From Escherichia coli (GTDB taxonomy: Bacteria > Pseudomonadota > Gammaproteobacteria > Enterobacterales > Enterobacteriaceae): 64,000 bases of DNA. This document shows positions 31,638 through 48,216 of this stretch, in pieces; the stretch's first letter is position 1; each line of letters begins with the position of its first letter. The position numbers were made by a program, and so were the translations under genes. Below the pieces are notes generated by a model. The model searched no databases. It saw only the letters and a list, made by a program, of their open reading frames with translations, and was not told the DNA's origin. Location: the NCBI RefSeq assembly GCF_024700885.2, contig NZ_CP117016.1. One strand, 5' to 3'.

Positions 31638-33349
31638 AGGCTATCCTTCGCGTCGGGAGTAAAGGTTACGGCTGGGTCGTGACGATGCCGCCAGCTGTCA
31701 AAAATCAGGTAGACAATCACTACGGCGGCAATGAAATAACTGATCATCGCTAACCAGCGCGTACCGTAGCCGCCGAATTCAGCCAGCCCGGCATAGACGC
31801 CAATCATCGCGAACAGGATACCCATTGACGCGATCTTGACGTTTTTCCACGGTTTCATGTCCACCGCAAACGCATCTTTGAAGGTGAACGGCGTGGCGCG
31901 CGGTTTGATAAAACCGATCACCAGCATCACTACCACGTTGATACAGAACGTACAGGCCAGCACATAGAGGAAATGGAAGTCGAACTTCACCAGATAGTTG
32001 ATGGTGATGTAGCTGATTATGCCAATCCCCATCGCCACTTTTGCCGCCAGCGCCGGAATGCGCGGGAAGAAAAAGCCCATAATGATGATGGTAACCAGCG
32101 GCACGTTGTAAATACCGTTGAGCTGTTTCATCCAGCTATACAGCCCCTGCGGCGCGTTGGCGATCCACGGCGCGACCAGCACCGAAACGATGGCGATAAA
32201 GAAACCAAATTTGCGCCCGACGGTGACCAGCTGCTGCGGCTCGGCATTCTGGTTAATGATGCGACGGTAAATACCCATACTGAATAACGTACTGGCGCTA
32301 TTCAGAAAGCCGTTGAAGGTACTGATCACCGCACCAAATAACACCGCGCCGAAGAAACCCACCAGTGGCACTGGCAGAACGTTATTGACCAGCGTCGGGT
32401 AGGCCATGTCGGCTTTCGGTAGATCCTGATACAGATGAAACGCAATCAACCCTGGCAGTACCAGTACCAGCGGGTCGAGCATTTTCAGCACCGCCGTTAA
32501 CAGCGCCCCCTTTTGCCCTTCCGCCAGGCTTTTTGACGCCAGCGTGCGTTGCACGATGCCCTGATTTGTACACCAGTAAAAGGTGTTCACCAGAATTAAA
32601 CCGGTAAATGCCGCGCCAATCGGCAAGGGATCGGTCGGGCCACCGACTGAGTTTAATTTCTCGGCGTGAACGGTGGTAATTTGCTCAATGCCCTGCGTAA
32701 AGCTGCCCTTGCCCATCGCGATCAGGCCAAATACCGGTACCATCAACCCGCCAATAACCAGCCCAATACCGTTAATGGAGTCCGCCACTGCCATTGCGCG
32801 CAGTCCGCCGATTACCGCATACAAAATTCCCGCCAGACCAAGCAAAATAACCAGTAGCCAGATAGCCGCGCCGTGGGAAATTTGTAACGATTCCCCGACG
32901 TGAAACAGGCTGTTGAGCGCCAACGCGCCGGAGTAGAGAACAATCGGCAGAAAGCAGACGCCGGTGGCAATGAGGAAGCAGAAGTCGATGATAATACGCG
33001 TCGTTTTATCATAACGTTCCTCCAGAAAATCGGGGATGGTGGCAATGCCGCGCTTCAGATAGCGCGGTAAAAAGATTAGCGCGAGGAAGATCAGCGTCAC
33101 CGCTGAAGTCACTTCCCAGCCCATCACCGACATGCCGCTTTTGTAGGCCTGCCCGGAAAGGCCGACCAGTTGTTCCGTGGAAAGGTTGGTTAACATTAAC
33201 GAAGCGGCAATAACCGGCGCTTTTAGTGATCGTCCGGCAAGAAAATAGCCTTGTTGCGATCCGGTATCTGCTTTACGGACCTTCCACCAGGTGATGACCG
33301 CCACCAGCAGCGTAAAACCGACAAAACTCAAGATTTGTAACGAATTCAT
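31634..33349 (-). CDS. yidK: Sodium:solute symporter family transporter YidK
   Basis: 571-aa multi-TM ORF overlapping yidJ start by 4 nt. Confidence 0.9.
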   Translation of the reverse strand: MNSLQILSFVGFTLLVAVITWWKVRKADTGSQQGYFLAGRSLKAPVIAASLMLTNLSTEQLVGLSGQAYKSGMSVMGWEVTSAVTLIFLALIFLPRYLKRGIATIPDFLEERYDKTTRIIIDFCFLIATGVCFLPIVLYSGALALNSLFHVGESLQISHGAAIWLLVILLGLAGILYAVIGGLRAMAVADSINGIGLVIGGLMVPVFGLIAMGKGSFTQGIEQITTVHAEKLNSVGGPTDPLPIGAAFTGLILVNTFYWCTNQGIVQRTLASKSLAEGQKGALLTAVLKMLDPLVLVLPGLIAFHLYQDLPKADMAYPTLVNNVLPVPLVGFFGAVLFGAVISTFNGFLNSASTLFSMGIYRRIINQNAEPQQLVTVGRKFGFFIAIVSVLVAPWIANAPQGLYSWMKQLNGIYNVPLVTIIIMGFFFPRIPALAAKVAMGIGIISYITINYLVKFDFHFLYVLACTFCINVVVMLVIGFIKPRATPFTFKDAFAVDMKPWKNVKIASMGILFAMIGVYAGLAEFGGYGTRWLAMISYFIAAVVIVYLIFDSWRHRHDPAVTFTPDAKDSL

Positions 33350-33515
33350 CTCATAGCCCTTATTTATGTTTATGTCCCGGACGCATGAATATAGGGAGAG
33401 GTAAAATGCGTCGGGTCAGGCAGTCAGATTCTTAAAATACAAACATCGTATCCCTGAACGGATTGTTTTCTGTTAAGTTCAGGTTGTGAGCATAATTCGC
33501 CGGAGGGATATTAAA

Positions 33516-37344
<3,829 letters not shown>

Positions 37345-37640
37345 TTCCACATCCTCTTTTCTCAATTCTGTAAGTAGGAAGCCTGATTGGTTATGCGGCA
37401 GGCCTGGAGCGAGGATAGGAAGATGCGATCGGCAGAACATGACGACCCAGTGGGATTCGTGATCGCTTTCATGCTTTTCGTTGGGCGGTAGAGATCTACG
37501 TTTTCGCAAAAAAGTAGACATCTGTGAGCACTGGTACACAGCATCGAACACATCTTTAAAAAAAAGATGTTTTTTCAATCGATTAAGCAGAACTTGTGGG
37601 CGTATTACCCGGGCTTTCAGGCAAAAAAAGAGATCTAGAG

Positions 37641-38357
37641 ATGATCTACAAAAGCATTGCGGAGCGGTTAAGAATTCGACTTAATTCCGCAGATTTCACG
37701 CTAAACAGCCTTCTTCCCGGTGAAAAAAAGCTGGCGGAAGAGTTTGCGGTATCGCGGATGACCATCCGTAAAGCCATTGATCTGCTGGTGGCGTGGGGGC
37801 TGGTGGTCCGCCGCCACGGTAGCGGTACTTACCTGGTGCGCAAAGATGTATTGCATCAAACCGCCAGCCTGACCGGGCTGGTGGAGGTGTTAAAACGCCA
37901 GGGAAAAACGGTCACCAGCCAGGTGCTGATTTTTGAAATCATGCCTGCGCCTCCGGCCATTGCCAGCCAGTTACGGATTCAAATCAACGAGCAGATCTAC
38001 TTCTCCCGTCGCGTTCGTTTTGTGGAAGGGAAACCGCTGATGCTGGAAGACAGCTATATGCCGGTAAAACTGTTCCGTAATCTTTCGCTGCAACATCTGG
38101 AAGGGTCGAAGTTTGAATATATTGAACAAGAGTGCGGGATTCTGATTGGCGGTAATTATGAAAGCCTGACGCCGGTGCTCGCCGATAGACTGCTGGCGCG
38201 GCAAATGAAGGTAGCGGAGAACACGCCACTGCTGCGGATCACCTCGTTGTCATATAGCGAGAGCGGGGAGTTTTTGAATTATTCAGTAATGTTCAGAAAT
38301 GCCAACGAATACCAGGTGGAGTACCATTTACGGCGACTCCACCCGGAAAAGAGTTAA
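37641..38357 (+). CDS. yidP: GntR-family transcriptional regulator YidP
   Basis: ORF 37596..38357; from [14 protein letters not shown] it is 238 aa with N-terminal GntR HTH. Confidence 0.9.
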
Positions 38358-40015
38358 CCGATACTCCAGAAGAGCACCGCCAGTAATTGGGGGGTGATAA
38401 TGCGCAGGAACATCACTAACGGATAGACAGTGGCGTAAGAGAGCGCCGCCGCACCGCTCGTTGGATGAAGATTATTAGCAAACGCCAGCGCCGGAGGATC
38501 GGTCATGGAGCCAGCCAGCATCCCGCACATGGTCAGGTAATTCATTTTGGCTAACATCCGCGCCAGAATACCAACAGTAATCAGCGGAACGGCGGTGATC
38601 AGGGCACCATATCCAATCCAGCTTAGCCCTTCGCCATTGACCAGGGTATTCACAAAATCCCCACCAGATTTCAGCCCCACTACCGAGAGGAACAGCACGA
38701 TCCCCAGCTCCCGCAGCGCGAGGTTGGCGCTTGGCGGCATAAACCAGTACAGCTTACCGATACTGCCGATACGCCCGAGGATCAACGCCATAATCAGCGG
38801 ACCGCCCGCCAGCCCCAGTTTCAACGCGGCCGGGAATCCCGGCACAAAGACGGGAATAGAGCCTAACAATACGCCAAGCCCGATACCAATAAACACCGGC
38901 AACATCTGAACCTGTTGCAGTTTTTGCTGCGCATTCCCCAGCACATTGGCAACGGCATCAATTGCGGACGGACGCCCCACCAGGTTGAGGATATCGCCGA
39001 ACTGCAGGCTGATATCGCCACTGGCGACCAGTTCGACCCCGGCACGGTTCAGGCGCGAGATAACAACGTCATAGCGTTCTTTAAAGTGCAGGTCGCGAAT
39101 ACGTTTTCCGAGCACGTTTTCATTGGTGACCACCACACGCTCGACGCGTAAATCAGTGCCTTTCGTGGACAGCGAGGTATCGACCTCCTGACCAATCACC
39201 AGTTGCGCATTATGTAAATCCGCTGGCTGCCCCACCAGATGCAGCAAATCGCCCAGTTGGATAATGGTATCTGGCGAAGGTACTTTTAGGGTTTCTTCTC
39301 GTTTCAGACGCGAGCAGATAATTTTGTCGCCGTTGAGAATCGGTACATCTTTAATGGCTAAATCATGCAGATTAGGGTTCTCAACGCGAATATTGATAGT
39401 CCTGATCAGCGCGCCGCCATTGGTGCGTGAAGACTCGTGCTGCTGGGCTTCTGTCTCGACATTGACGCGGAAAATAACCCGCAACATCCACATGGTGAAC
39501 AAAATCCCGCAAATGCCGAATGGATACGCCATCGCGTAACTCATCCCCATCTGATCGACCATTTCCATTGGTGTACCCAGGTCGCGCAAGATCTGCTGCC
39601 CTGCCCCCAGTGCTGGCGTATTGGTTACCGCACCGGAGAAAATCCCCAGCACTACCGGCAGTGGAATATCAAACAGTTTATGCAGGATGGCGGTAACCAG
39701 ACCACCGATGATGACGATCAGAACAGCAAACAGGTTGAGGCGTAATCCGGAGACGCGCAATGAGGCAAAGAAGCCCGGACCCACCTGAATCCCGATGGTA
39801 TAAACGAACAGGATCAGGCCAAATTCCTGAATAACATGCAGCATATCGCTACTTAATGTCATCCCCGCCTGAGAAACAAAATGGCCGACGATGATCCCAC
39901 CAAACAGCACGCCGCCAATACCTAATCCTATGCCGCGAAATTTGACGTTGCCGATAAACAAACCGACGACTGCCACCAAAGCCAGAATACTGACCGTTAA
40001 TGCTATATCACTCAT
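38354..40015 (-). CDS. yidE: Putative transport protein YidE (AAE family, two TrkA_C domains)
   Basis: ORF 38354..40039; from [26 protein letters not shown] it is 553 aa. Confidence 0.92.
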
Positions 40016-40162
40016 CGTCCATTTCTCTTGAGATAACATTTTAATTGCTACGGATTATGGCTGAATCGGTGAAGCAGATTTGCCTTATAGCGCACATTAT
40101 CACGGGAAAGAACGTGCCGAAATATCTTAAACAGGCGAAAATTAACGCATTGTTGAAGAAGA

Positions 40163-40196
40163 AAGACAAAAAAAGCCCCACCAGAATGGCGGGGCA
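40163..40196 (-). terminator. Rho-independent terminator downstream of ibpB
   Basis: Minus strand GCCCCGCC-attctgg-TGGGGC followed by TTTTTTTGTCTTT. Confidence 0.7.
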
Positions 40197-40210
40197 AAGA
40201 GAATAGCTAG

Positions 40211-40639
40211 TTAGCTATTTAACGCGGGACGTTCGCTGATAGCGATACGCTGCGCTGCGATGGGTTCAGGCTCATTACGAATTAAATCAATATGCAGTAA
40301 ACCGTTTACGAAGGTTGCGCCAGAGACTTCCATATTTTCAGCCAGCGTAAAGCTCAGGCTAAATGGCTGATTCATAAGCCCTTGATGCAGCCATTTTTTC
40401 TCTTCTTTTGGCTGCTCCGGCGTGCCTTTTACGCTCAGGCGCGTACCTTCCAGTTGAATCTCTAAATCTTCCTGACGAAAACCTGCCAGCGCAAGGGTAA
40501 TGCGGTAGTGGTTATCGTCGCTTTTCTCAATGTTGTACGGCGGGAAGCTCTGGCTTTCACCGGCGTTTTGCAGTGCGTTGGCCAGTTTGTCAAAACCGAT
40601 CCATTGACGCATCAGTGGGGATAAATCGAAGTTACGCAT
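40211..40639 (-). CDS. ibpB: Small heat shock protein IbpB
   Basis: ORF 40211..40678; from [24 protein letters not shown] it is 142 aa. Confidence 0.95.
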
Positions 40640-40750
40640 AGTCATTTCTCCTTCTAAGAAGCGAGTAAGTACCTGCAAATCCGAAGATTCGCATATGCTC
40701 CCTGACGGCGAGCATGGAGATGTCAGGCCGCGCCAGGCGGCCTTAAGGAA

Positions 40751-41164
40751 TTAGTTGATTTCGATACGGCGCGGTTTTTTCGCTTCCGGAATCACGCGTT
40801 CGAGATCGATATACAGCAGACCATTCACCAGGTTAGCGCCACGAACATGAATGTTCTCAGCTAACTGGAATTTGCGTTCAAAGTTGCGTTCAGCGATGCC
40901 CTGGTACAGATAGGTGCGCTCTTTTTGTTCGTCGGCGTGAGCACCTTTCACCACCAGCAGATTATCCTGGGCGGTAATTTCCAGTTCGCTCTCAGCAAAA
41001 CCAGCCACAGCGATAGCAATGCGGTAATGGTTTTCGTCTACCAGTTCAACGTTATACGGAGGGTAGCCGCCATTACTCTGGCTCTGGTTGTTTTCTAAGT
41101 GGTTAAACAAACGGTCAAATCCAATAGCAGAACGGTAAAGCGGGGATAAATCAAAGTTACGCAT
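40751..41164 (-). CDS. ibpA: Small heat shock protein IbpA
   Basis: ORF 40751..41170; [50 protein letters not shown], 137 aa. Confidence 0.95.
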
Positions 41165-41469
41165 AATCAATAGCTCCTGAAATCAGCGAGAATGTAAGAC
41201 CTTCCACAATGGACAGGTCAGGTAGCCAGAACACCCATCAGGCGCGTCCTCATCGGCTACGATGTAAAAATGGGTCTGGAAATGAACTTTTCAAGCCTTA
41301 TCAGCGGACTTTTTTTTGCAGTTTATGGTCTATTGCATAGACTGAGGGGGCAGCACGAAACGTTAAAGTGCGATAGCCGCCACAGTGCGACGTAATGATG
41401 ATGTTATTTTCAGCAAGGGATCGCTATAACTCATCAGGCCAACACCCACGATCAACAGATGAATTTATT

Positions 41470-41802
41470 ATGATAAGAAATGTGTTGTTAGCGTTCATGA
41501 TATGCAGCGGAATGACATTACTCGGAGGATGCTCCAGCGTGATGTCCCATACCGGGGGGAAAGAAGGAACGTATCCCGGCACCCGCGCCAGCGCCACCAT
41601 GATTGGCGACGAGGAAACCAACTGGGGCACTAAGTCGCTGGCGATTCTCGATATGCCGTTTACCGCTGTGATGGACACGCTTTTACTGCCGTGGGATGTG
41701 TTCCGCAAAGACAGCTCGGTGCGCTCACGCGTTGAAAAAAGCGAAGCCAACGCGCAAGCCACAAATGCGGTTATTCCACCCGCCAGAATGCCTGATAACT
41801 GA
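41470..41802 (+). CDS. yidQ: Lipoprotein YidQ (DUF1375)
   Basis: ORF 41395..41802; start moved to MIRNVLLAFMICSGMTLLGGCSS (lipobox), 110 aa. Confidence 0.85.
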   Translation: MIRNVLLAFMICSGMTLLGGCSSVMSHTGGKEGTYPGTRASATMIGDEETNWGTKSLAILDMPFTAVMDTLLLPWDVFRKDSSVRSRVEKSEANAQATNAVIPPARMPDN

Positions 41803-41803
41803 T

Positions 41804-43054
41804 TTAGCGATCAGTTTCGGTGATCCACAGCTGGCCGCCTTCCATCCACGCCAGCCACTGACCATCCGGCGAGAAGACCACGGCGTCCGCAGAAGGTGGA
41901 TTGGCGTGGTTTTCGGTTAAATACTCAACCTCGCCGCTTTGCGCATGGGCGCAAGCAATTCGATTATCCAGCACAAAGCCCAACCATTCTCCTGACGGAT
42001 GCCAGTTAAATGCAGACTGAATATCCGTTTTATTATGGGTTAACTGGCGCGGCTCGCCGCCTTGTGGCGAGATAAGCCACAGTTGCACAATGCCGTTATC
42101 ATCACGCATTAAAAACGCGATTTGCGTACCCTGCGGATTACAGCGCACCCAGTGGCGCGGGACGTTGACTAACCCCGGATAAGCCCGATGGTGGGTAAAG
42201 GTTAAACGTCGCTGCACGACGCCACGCGGTGGCGCGGGCAGGGTTGTTTCCGTTCCACTTAACGGCGCATCACCTGCCGCTTTCCAGCCAGCTTCATCTT
42301 GCGGTAACTCAACGATAAATAGCTCCGGCACTTTCTCGCCCTTTGGCGAAAGTGTGTCGCCAATAAACGCCAGCGCGTGATTTCCTACCCATCCTTCTTC
42401 ATAAGCACGATTGATTTCATCACTGCCAGGCTGCGGCGTGGGCGTGGTTTTACTCACCAGCACACACCAGTGGCTACCGCTGTATTCACGCGGATGCTGC
42501 TTTTGTACATTGACCGGGCCAAACGGCGCAGCAACACCGACGTTTCGCAAATCCAGCGCCGAATCGAGTTGATGCATTACATGGTCGTTATAGGTAAAGC
42601 TCACCCTTTCTCCGTTCGGGCTAAAGACATGCACATGGCTGCCGCCGCGCAGCGCTCCTGGGGTGTACGGCGCGGTAATATCCATTGCATCGAGATTGCT
42701 CACCTTGCCGCCTTCAGCAATCACTCCGCGCCGATGATGGAAGTCGTAATGCCATGTTTCATCAGGATTTTCCGGGCCGTGAATAAAGACATATTTCTCT
42801 GACTTCGGATGAACGGTCACCACGCCGACGTGTGCGCCCTGTGACGCGCGATAGATAACCTCGACCTCGCCGGTATGGATATTCACACGCTCAATGGTCT
42901 CGCCAGTAAACGACGCCCCAGAAGGACGCACGTCAAATACCAGCCACTGGCTGTCGGGCGTCCAGGTATTGGTATTGGTGAGCAGGTGATTACGGGGAGC
43001 AAAGGTTATCTGTTTCATGGCGCGGTCCTGATACAAAACGGGTCCCGCCATCAT
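41804..43054 (-). CDS. yidR: Uncharacterized protein YidR (DUF3748)
   Basis: 416-aa ORF in K-12 position; true start may be a few codons downstream. Confidence 0.85.
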   Translation of the reverse strand: MMAGPVLYQDRAMKQITFAPRNHLLTNTNTWTPDSQWLVFDVRPSGASFTGETIERVNIHTGEVEVIYRASQGAHVGVVTVHPKSEKYVFIHGPENPDETWHYDFHHRRGVIAEGGKVSNLDAMDITAPYTPGALRGGSHVHVFSPNGERVSFTYNDHVMHQLDSALDLRNVGVAAPFGPVNVQKQHPREYSGSHWCVLVSKTTPTPQPGSDEINRAYEEGWVGNHALAFIGDTLSPKGEKVPELFIVELPQDEAGWKAAGDAPLSGTETTLPAPPRGVVQRRLTFTHHRAYPGLVNVPRHWVRCNPQGTQIAFLMRDDNGIVQLWLISPQGGEPRQLTHNKTDIQSAFNWHPSGEWLGFVLDNRIACAHAQSGEVEYLTENHANPPSADAVVFSPDGQWLAWMEGGQLWITETDR

Positions 43055-43118
43055 ACTTCACAAGGACTTCACTTTCAGACAATAGTCTTTTGCCATCGTG
43101 ATGAATGTGAGTGAAAAG

Positions 43119-44183
43119 ATGGAACATTTCGACGTGGCGATTATTGGCCTCGGTCCAGCAGGTTCGGCGTTGGCGCGAAAGTTAGCAGACAAAATGCAGG
43201 TGATCGCGCTGGATAAAAAGCACCAGCATGGTACTGAAGGTTTCAGCAAACCCTGCGGCGGTCTGCTGGCACCGGACGCGCAGCGATCTTTTATTCGCGA
43301 TGGACTGACGCTTCCTGTCGATGTGATCGCCAACCCGCAGATTTTCAGCGTCAAAACCGTCGACGTCGCCGCATCGCTCACACGTAACTACCAGCGAAGC
43401 TATATCAATATTAATCGCCACGCTTTCGACTTGTGGATGAAATCGCTGATCCCCGCCAGCGTTGAGGTTTACCACGATAGCCTGTGTCGAAAAATCTGGC
43501 GTGAGGATGATAAATGGCATGTCATTTTTCGTGCAGACGGTTGGGAGCAGCATATTACCGCCCGCTATCTGGTCGGTGCCGATGGTGCCAACTCGATGGT
43601 GCGGCGACATCTCTACCCGGACCATCAAATTCGTAAATATGTCGCTATCCAGCAGTGGTTCGCAGAGAAGCATCCGGTGCCGTTCTACTCCTGCATCTTT
43701 GATAATGCGATAACTGACTGTTACTCATGGAGTATCAGCAAAGACGGTTATTTTATCTTTGGCGGTGCCTATCCAATGAAAGACGGTCAGACGCGTTTCG
43801 CGACGCTGAAAGAGAAAATGAGCGCCTTTCAGTTCCAGTTTGGCAAAGCGGTGAAAAGTGAGAAATGTACCGTGTTGTTTCCCTCACGTTGGCAGGATTT
43901 TGTCTGCGGTAAGGACAATGCCTTTCTGATTGGTGAAGCAGCGGGATTTATCAGCGCCAGCTCGCTGGAGGGAATTAGCTATGCGCTGGATAGCGCAGAG
44001 ATTCTGCGTTCAGTGTTACTGAAGCAGCCGGAGAAGAGCAACGCCGCCTACTGGCGCGCCACCCGCAAACTGCGTTTAAAACTCTTCGGCAAGATAGTAA
44101 AAAGCCGATGCCTGACCGCACCGGCTTTAAGAAAGTGGATTATGCGCAGTGGTGTGGCGCATATTCCACAGTTGAAAGATTAG
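43119..44183 (+). CDS. cbrA: Colicin E2 tolerance protein CbrA (FAD-dependent oxidoreductase)
   Basis: ORF 43098..44183; from [23 protein letters not shown] (FAD-binding GxGxxG) it is 354 aa. Confidence 0.9.
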
Positions 44184-45472
44184 CCAACGCGCTTCACATC
44201 GCCCACCAGCAGGATGTAAGAGAGCGCGCCAATCAACGCGACGGCAGAAATATAAACCAGTGCAGGTGCGAAACCGTAACCCTGCGCCAGGTACCCCACC
44301 ACCAGCGGAACGGTGATGCCGCCCAGACCACCGGCAAAGTTAAACACGCCGCCGGTTAAACCAATCAGGCGCATCGGTGCCAGAGAAGAGACCAGCGACC
44401 AGGTAATCGAAGCAAAACCGTTGCCGAAGAATGCCAGCGCCATCAGGCACATAATCATCATCGGATCGTTGGTGTAGTTAGCGCCCATAATGCAGGTGGA
44501 GATCAGCAAGCCGCAGATAATCGGCGTTTTACGCGCAAAGCCCAGTGAAAAGCCCTTACGTACCAGCAGATCCGCGACCCAGCCAGAGAGCAGGACGCCG
44601 ACAAACGCCGCAAGAAACGGCACCGTGGTCATAAATCCTGCTTTCAGCGCTGTGATTCCTTTTTCCTGGGTTAAATAGTTCGGGAACCAGGTTAAGAAAA
44701 ACCACAGTGTAGAAGCCACCGCAAATTGCCCAAGATAGACGCCAATCAGTTTACGATGGAACACCAGTTTCCAGTCTTTGGCTGTTAACGGCTGACGCGC
44801 CTCTTTCTTCACCGGCGCATCACCATCCACCAGACCGCCGCCATCACGAATGTAATCCAGTTCAGCTTTGCTGATACCTTTAGTCAGGCGCGGCGGCTGA
44901 TAAACCTTAAACCAAATCAGCGACCAGATAATGCCGATACCACCAGTGACAATGAACACCCAGTGCCAGCTCAACATTTCCTGAATCCAGATCAGCAGCG
45001 GAGTCAGAAACGCCAGACCGACAAACTGACCAGACGTATAAAAACCAACGGCGGAAGCGCGTTCATGTTCCGGGAACCAGCTGGTCACCATCCGGTTATT
45101 GGTCGGGAAAGCGGGCGCTTCGAAAATACCGGTTATCGCGCGCAGACCAATTAATGACATTAATCCCGTGGCAAAGCCCTGGAATAAAGTCGCCACTGAC
45201 CAGCCAAATATCGCAATAAAATAAGTCACGCGAGAACCTACGCGATCTAAAAACCAACCGCCGGGGATCTGGCATAGCGTATAAAGCCAGGCGAAGGCCG
45301 AAAATACATAGCCCATTTCCGCTTTGGTAATACCGAACTCTTCCTGAATATGGGCGGAAGCCACGGCCAGGTTAGCGCGGTCAACATAACAAATGACCAC
45401 CGTAATAAAGATCATCACCAGCGTCAGATAACGCCGACGCCCCGGCTTTGCTGCATTAACGGGAATATCCAT
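44180..45472 (-). CDS. dgoT: D-galactonate:H+ symporter DgoT (MFS)
   Basis: ORF 44180..45517; from [22 protein letters not shown] it is 430 aa. Confidence 0.93.
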
Positions 45473-45591
45473 AGCGAGCTTTCTCCAGATTTTGGGCATA
45501 GCGAAGCCGCTCACCATGCCCTGTAATTTACAGAGGGTTATATTTTTGTATTGCTGTTTTAGTGCCCGATGAGGGGCTTACGTGGCAGGAA

Positions 45592-46740
45592 TTACCACTC
45601 TGCTACGCTGTTATCTTCATGACGCCAGAGCGGATTACGCCAGTCCGGGGCATTTTTACTGAACTCAATAACTTTAGCTTCGTCGATTTCCACACCTAAG
45701 CCCGGTTTCGTTAATGGTTTAAAGAAACCGCCGACCATGCTGAAGTCTTCTTTGTTTTTCACAAAGTCGAGTAACTCCGCGCCTTTGTTGTAATGAATGC
45801 CCATACTTTGTTCCTGAAGTACGGCGTTATAGGAAACAAAGTCGATATGCAGACAAGCCGCCAGTGCAATCGGTCCGAGAGGACAGTGCGGCGCAAGGGT
45901 CACGTCATAGGCTTCTGCCATTCCGGCAATTTTGTAGCATTCGGTAATACCGCCTGCATGAGAGAGATCCGGTTGCAGAATCGAAATACCGCCCGCCTCC
46001 AGCACGCGTTTAAAATCGAAGCGTGAGAACATGCGTTCACCCGCCGCCAGTGGAATATGCGTTTGTGCCGCCAGTTTCGGGTAGTATTCGGCCTGTTCCG
46101 CCAGCACCGGCTCTTCAATAAACAGCGGGCGATACGGCTCCAGTTCTTTAATCAGCACTTTCGCCATCGGCGCGCTGACGCGACCGTGGAAATCAAGACC
46201 AAACTCAATCTGATTGCCAAAAGCTTCACGAATTTGTGCCACTGTGTTGACTGCCGCATCTACCGCGCGGGAGTTATCAATTAGCCCCAGTTCTTCACAA
46301 CCGTTCAGTTTGAAGGTATCGAAGCCGATTTCGCGCAGCGTTTTAATGCCGTCGATAACATCCGCCGGACGATCGCCGCCGACCCAACTGTAGGCTTTAA
46401 TTTTGTCGCGAACCAGGCCGCCCATCAGTTGCCAGACCGGCGCGTTCAGCACTTTACCTTTGATATCCCATAACGCCTGGTCGATCCCGGCAATGGCGCT
46501 CATCAGGATCGGACCGCCACGATAAAATCCGGCGCGATACATCACTTGCCATAAGTCATTGATGCGCGATGGATCCTGACCAATCAAATAGTCACCCAGC
46601 TCGTGAACTGCCGCTTCCACCGTACGGGCGCGGCCTTCGATCACGGGCTCGCCCCAACCGACCACGCCTTCATCGGTTTCAATTTTCAGGAACATCCAGC
46701 GGGGAGGTAAACGATACGTGGTAATTTTGGTGATTTTCAT
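45592..46740 (-). CDS. dgoD: D-galactonate dehydratase
   Basis: 382-aa [35 protein letters not shown], enolase superfamily. Confidence 0.95.
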
Positions 46741-47354
46741 TGCACTGCCTCTCGATACGCCTTAACAAATGCTGCTGCCTGCTGCGCGGTGCGTTCTACG
46801 GTCTGCCCGGCGCGATAGAGATCGCTGCCTAAACCTGCTCCTGCACAACCTGCGTCTATCCACTGCGCCAGGTTTTCTGGCGTCACGCCGCCAACGGCAA
46901 AGACTGCGATGTCCGGTGGTAATACCGCTTTTAACGCTTTGATGTATTGCGGACCAAAAGCCGATGACGGAAATATTTTCAGCGCCTGCGCGCCCGCGTC
47001 GAGCGCTGTAAAGGCTTCGGTCGCCGTCGCGCAGCCGGGGCAAACGGTCATACCGTAGCCCACCGCACGGCGGATCACTTCACTATGGATATTGGGCGTA
47101 ACGATGAGCTGGCAGCCCATCCTGGCGAGTGCATCGACCTGTTCAGGTTTCAGTACCGTACCTGCGCCAATCAACGCCTTGTCGCCATACGCATCAACGA
47201 TGGCGGGAATGCTCTGCTCCCATTGTGGGGAATTCAGCGGGATTTCAACCGCGTCGAACCCGGCGTCAATCACCGCGCCAACATGCGCCAGCGCCTCGTC
47301 GGGCGTAATACCGCGCAAAATGGCGATCAGCGGGAGTTTAGTTTGCCACTGCAT
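46737..47354 (-). CDS. dgoA: 2-dehydro-3-deoxy-6-phosphogalactonate aldolase
   Basis: 205-aa ORF overlapping dgoD start; KDPG-aldolase-like. Confidence 0.93.
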
Positions 47355-48216
47355 GAGCGATGCTCCTTATACCAGCCTGAAATGCCGTGTCGCCCGCTAC
47401 CGCCGTCACGTCGCACCCCATCGCCTGAAAGGCTTGCTGGTAGCGCGCGGTCAGCGATGTTCCGGCGACAAGGGTGATGGCGTGTTGATGGGTCACATAG
47501 TCGCGCATACTGGCGACCTCTGCGCCAATCAACAAACCAGAGAGAAATTCGCTGACCTGTTCACGGGGAAGCGTTCCCAGCACATGCGAGGCGCGAACTT
47601 CAAAAAGCTGCGGCAATATGGCGGGCGCATTAAGGCCACGCTCAAGGCCAGCCGCGAAGGCATCGGCAGAGTTTTCCTGCGGCGGCAAACCTGCGCCAAT
47701 CAATGAGTGATTTAACAGTAAATGATGTAATTCACCGGTCATCACGGTGCGAAAATCGTTGATTTGCTGGCTATCGGCCTGCACCCATTTGCAATGCGTA
47801 CCGGGCATGACATAAAGAGAGGAAGGAGCCAGAGCACGCGCGCCGATCAATTGTGTTTCTTCGCCGCGCATCACATTATGGTTATCGTCATGAGAGATGC
47901 ATAATCCGGGAATAATCCAGATATTGTCGCCAACCGACGTTAATTGATCGCTAATAGACGAAAAACGGGCAGGAACGGATAAATACGGCGCGACTTTCCA
48001 GCCGACATTGCTGCCGACCATTCCTGCCATTACCACTGGCGTATTCTCTTCACGCCAGTCGGTCGTCACTTCTGCTAACACCGCAGCCGGAGATTTTCCG
48101 TTCAGACGCGTGACGCCTGCTTCTGATTGCCTGCTGTCCAGGCAGTGGTCGCCCTGATAAAGCCAGGCGCGCAGATTGGTCGATCCCCAGTCAATTGCGA
48201 TGTAGCGAGCTGTCAT
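47338..48216 (-). CDS. dgoK: 2-dehydro-3-deoxygalactonokinase
   Basis: 292-aa ORF MTARYIAIDWGSTNLRAWLYQGD. Confidence 0.93.
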   Translation of the reverse strand: MTARYIAIDWGSTNLRAWLYQGDHCLDSRQSEAGVTRLNGKSPAAVLAEVTTDWREENTPVVMAGMVGSNVGWKVAPYLSVPARFSSISDQLTSVGDNIWIIPGLCISHDDNHNVMRGEETQLIGARALAPSSLYVMPGTHCKWVQADSQQINDFRTVMTGELHHLLLNHSLIGAGLPPQENSADAFAAGLERGLNAPAILPQLFEVRASHVLGTLPREQVSEFLSGLLIGAEVASMRDYVTHQHAITLVAGTSLTARYQQAFQAMGCDVTAVAGDTAFQAGIRSIAHAVAN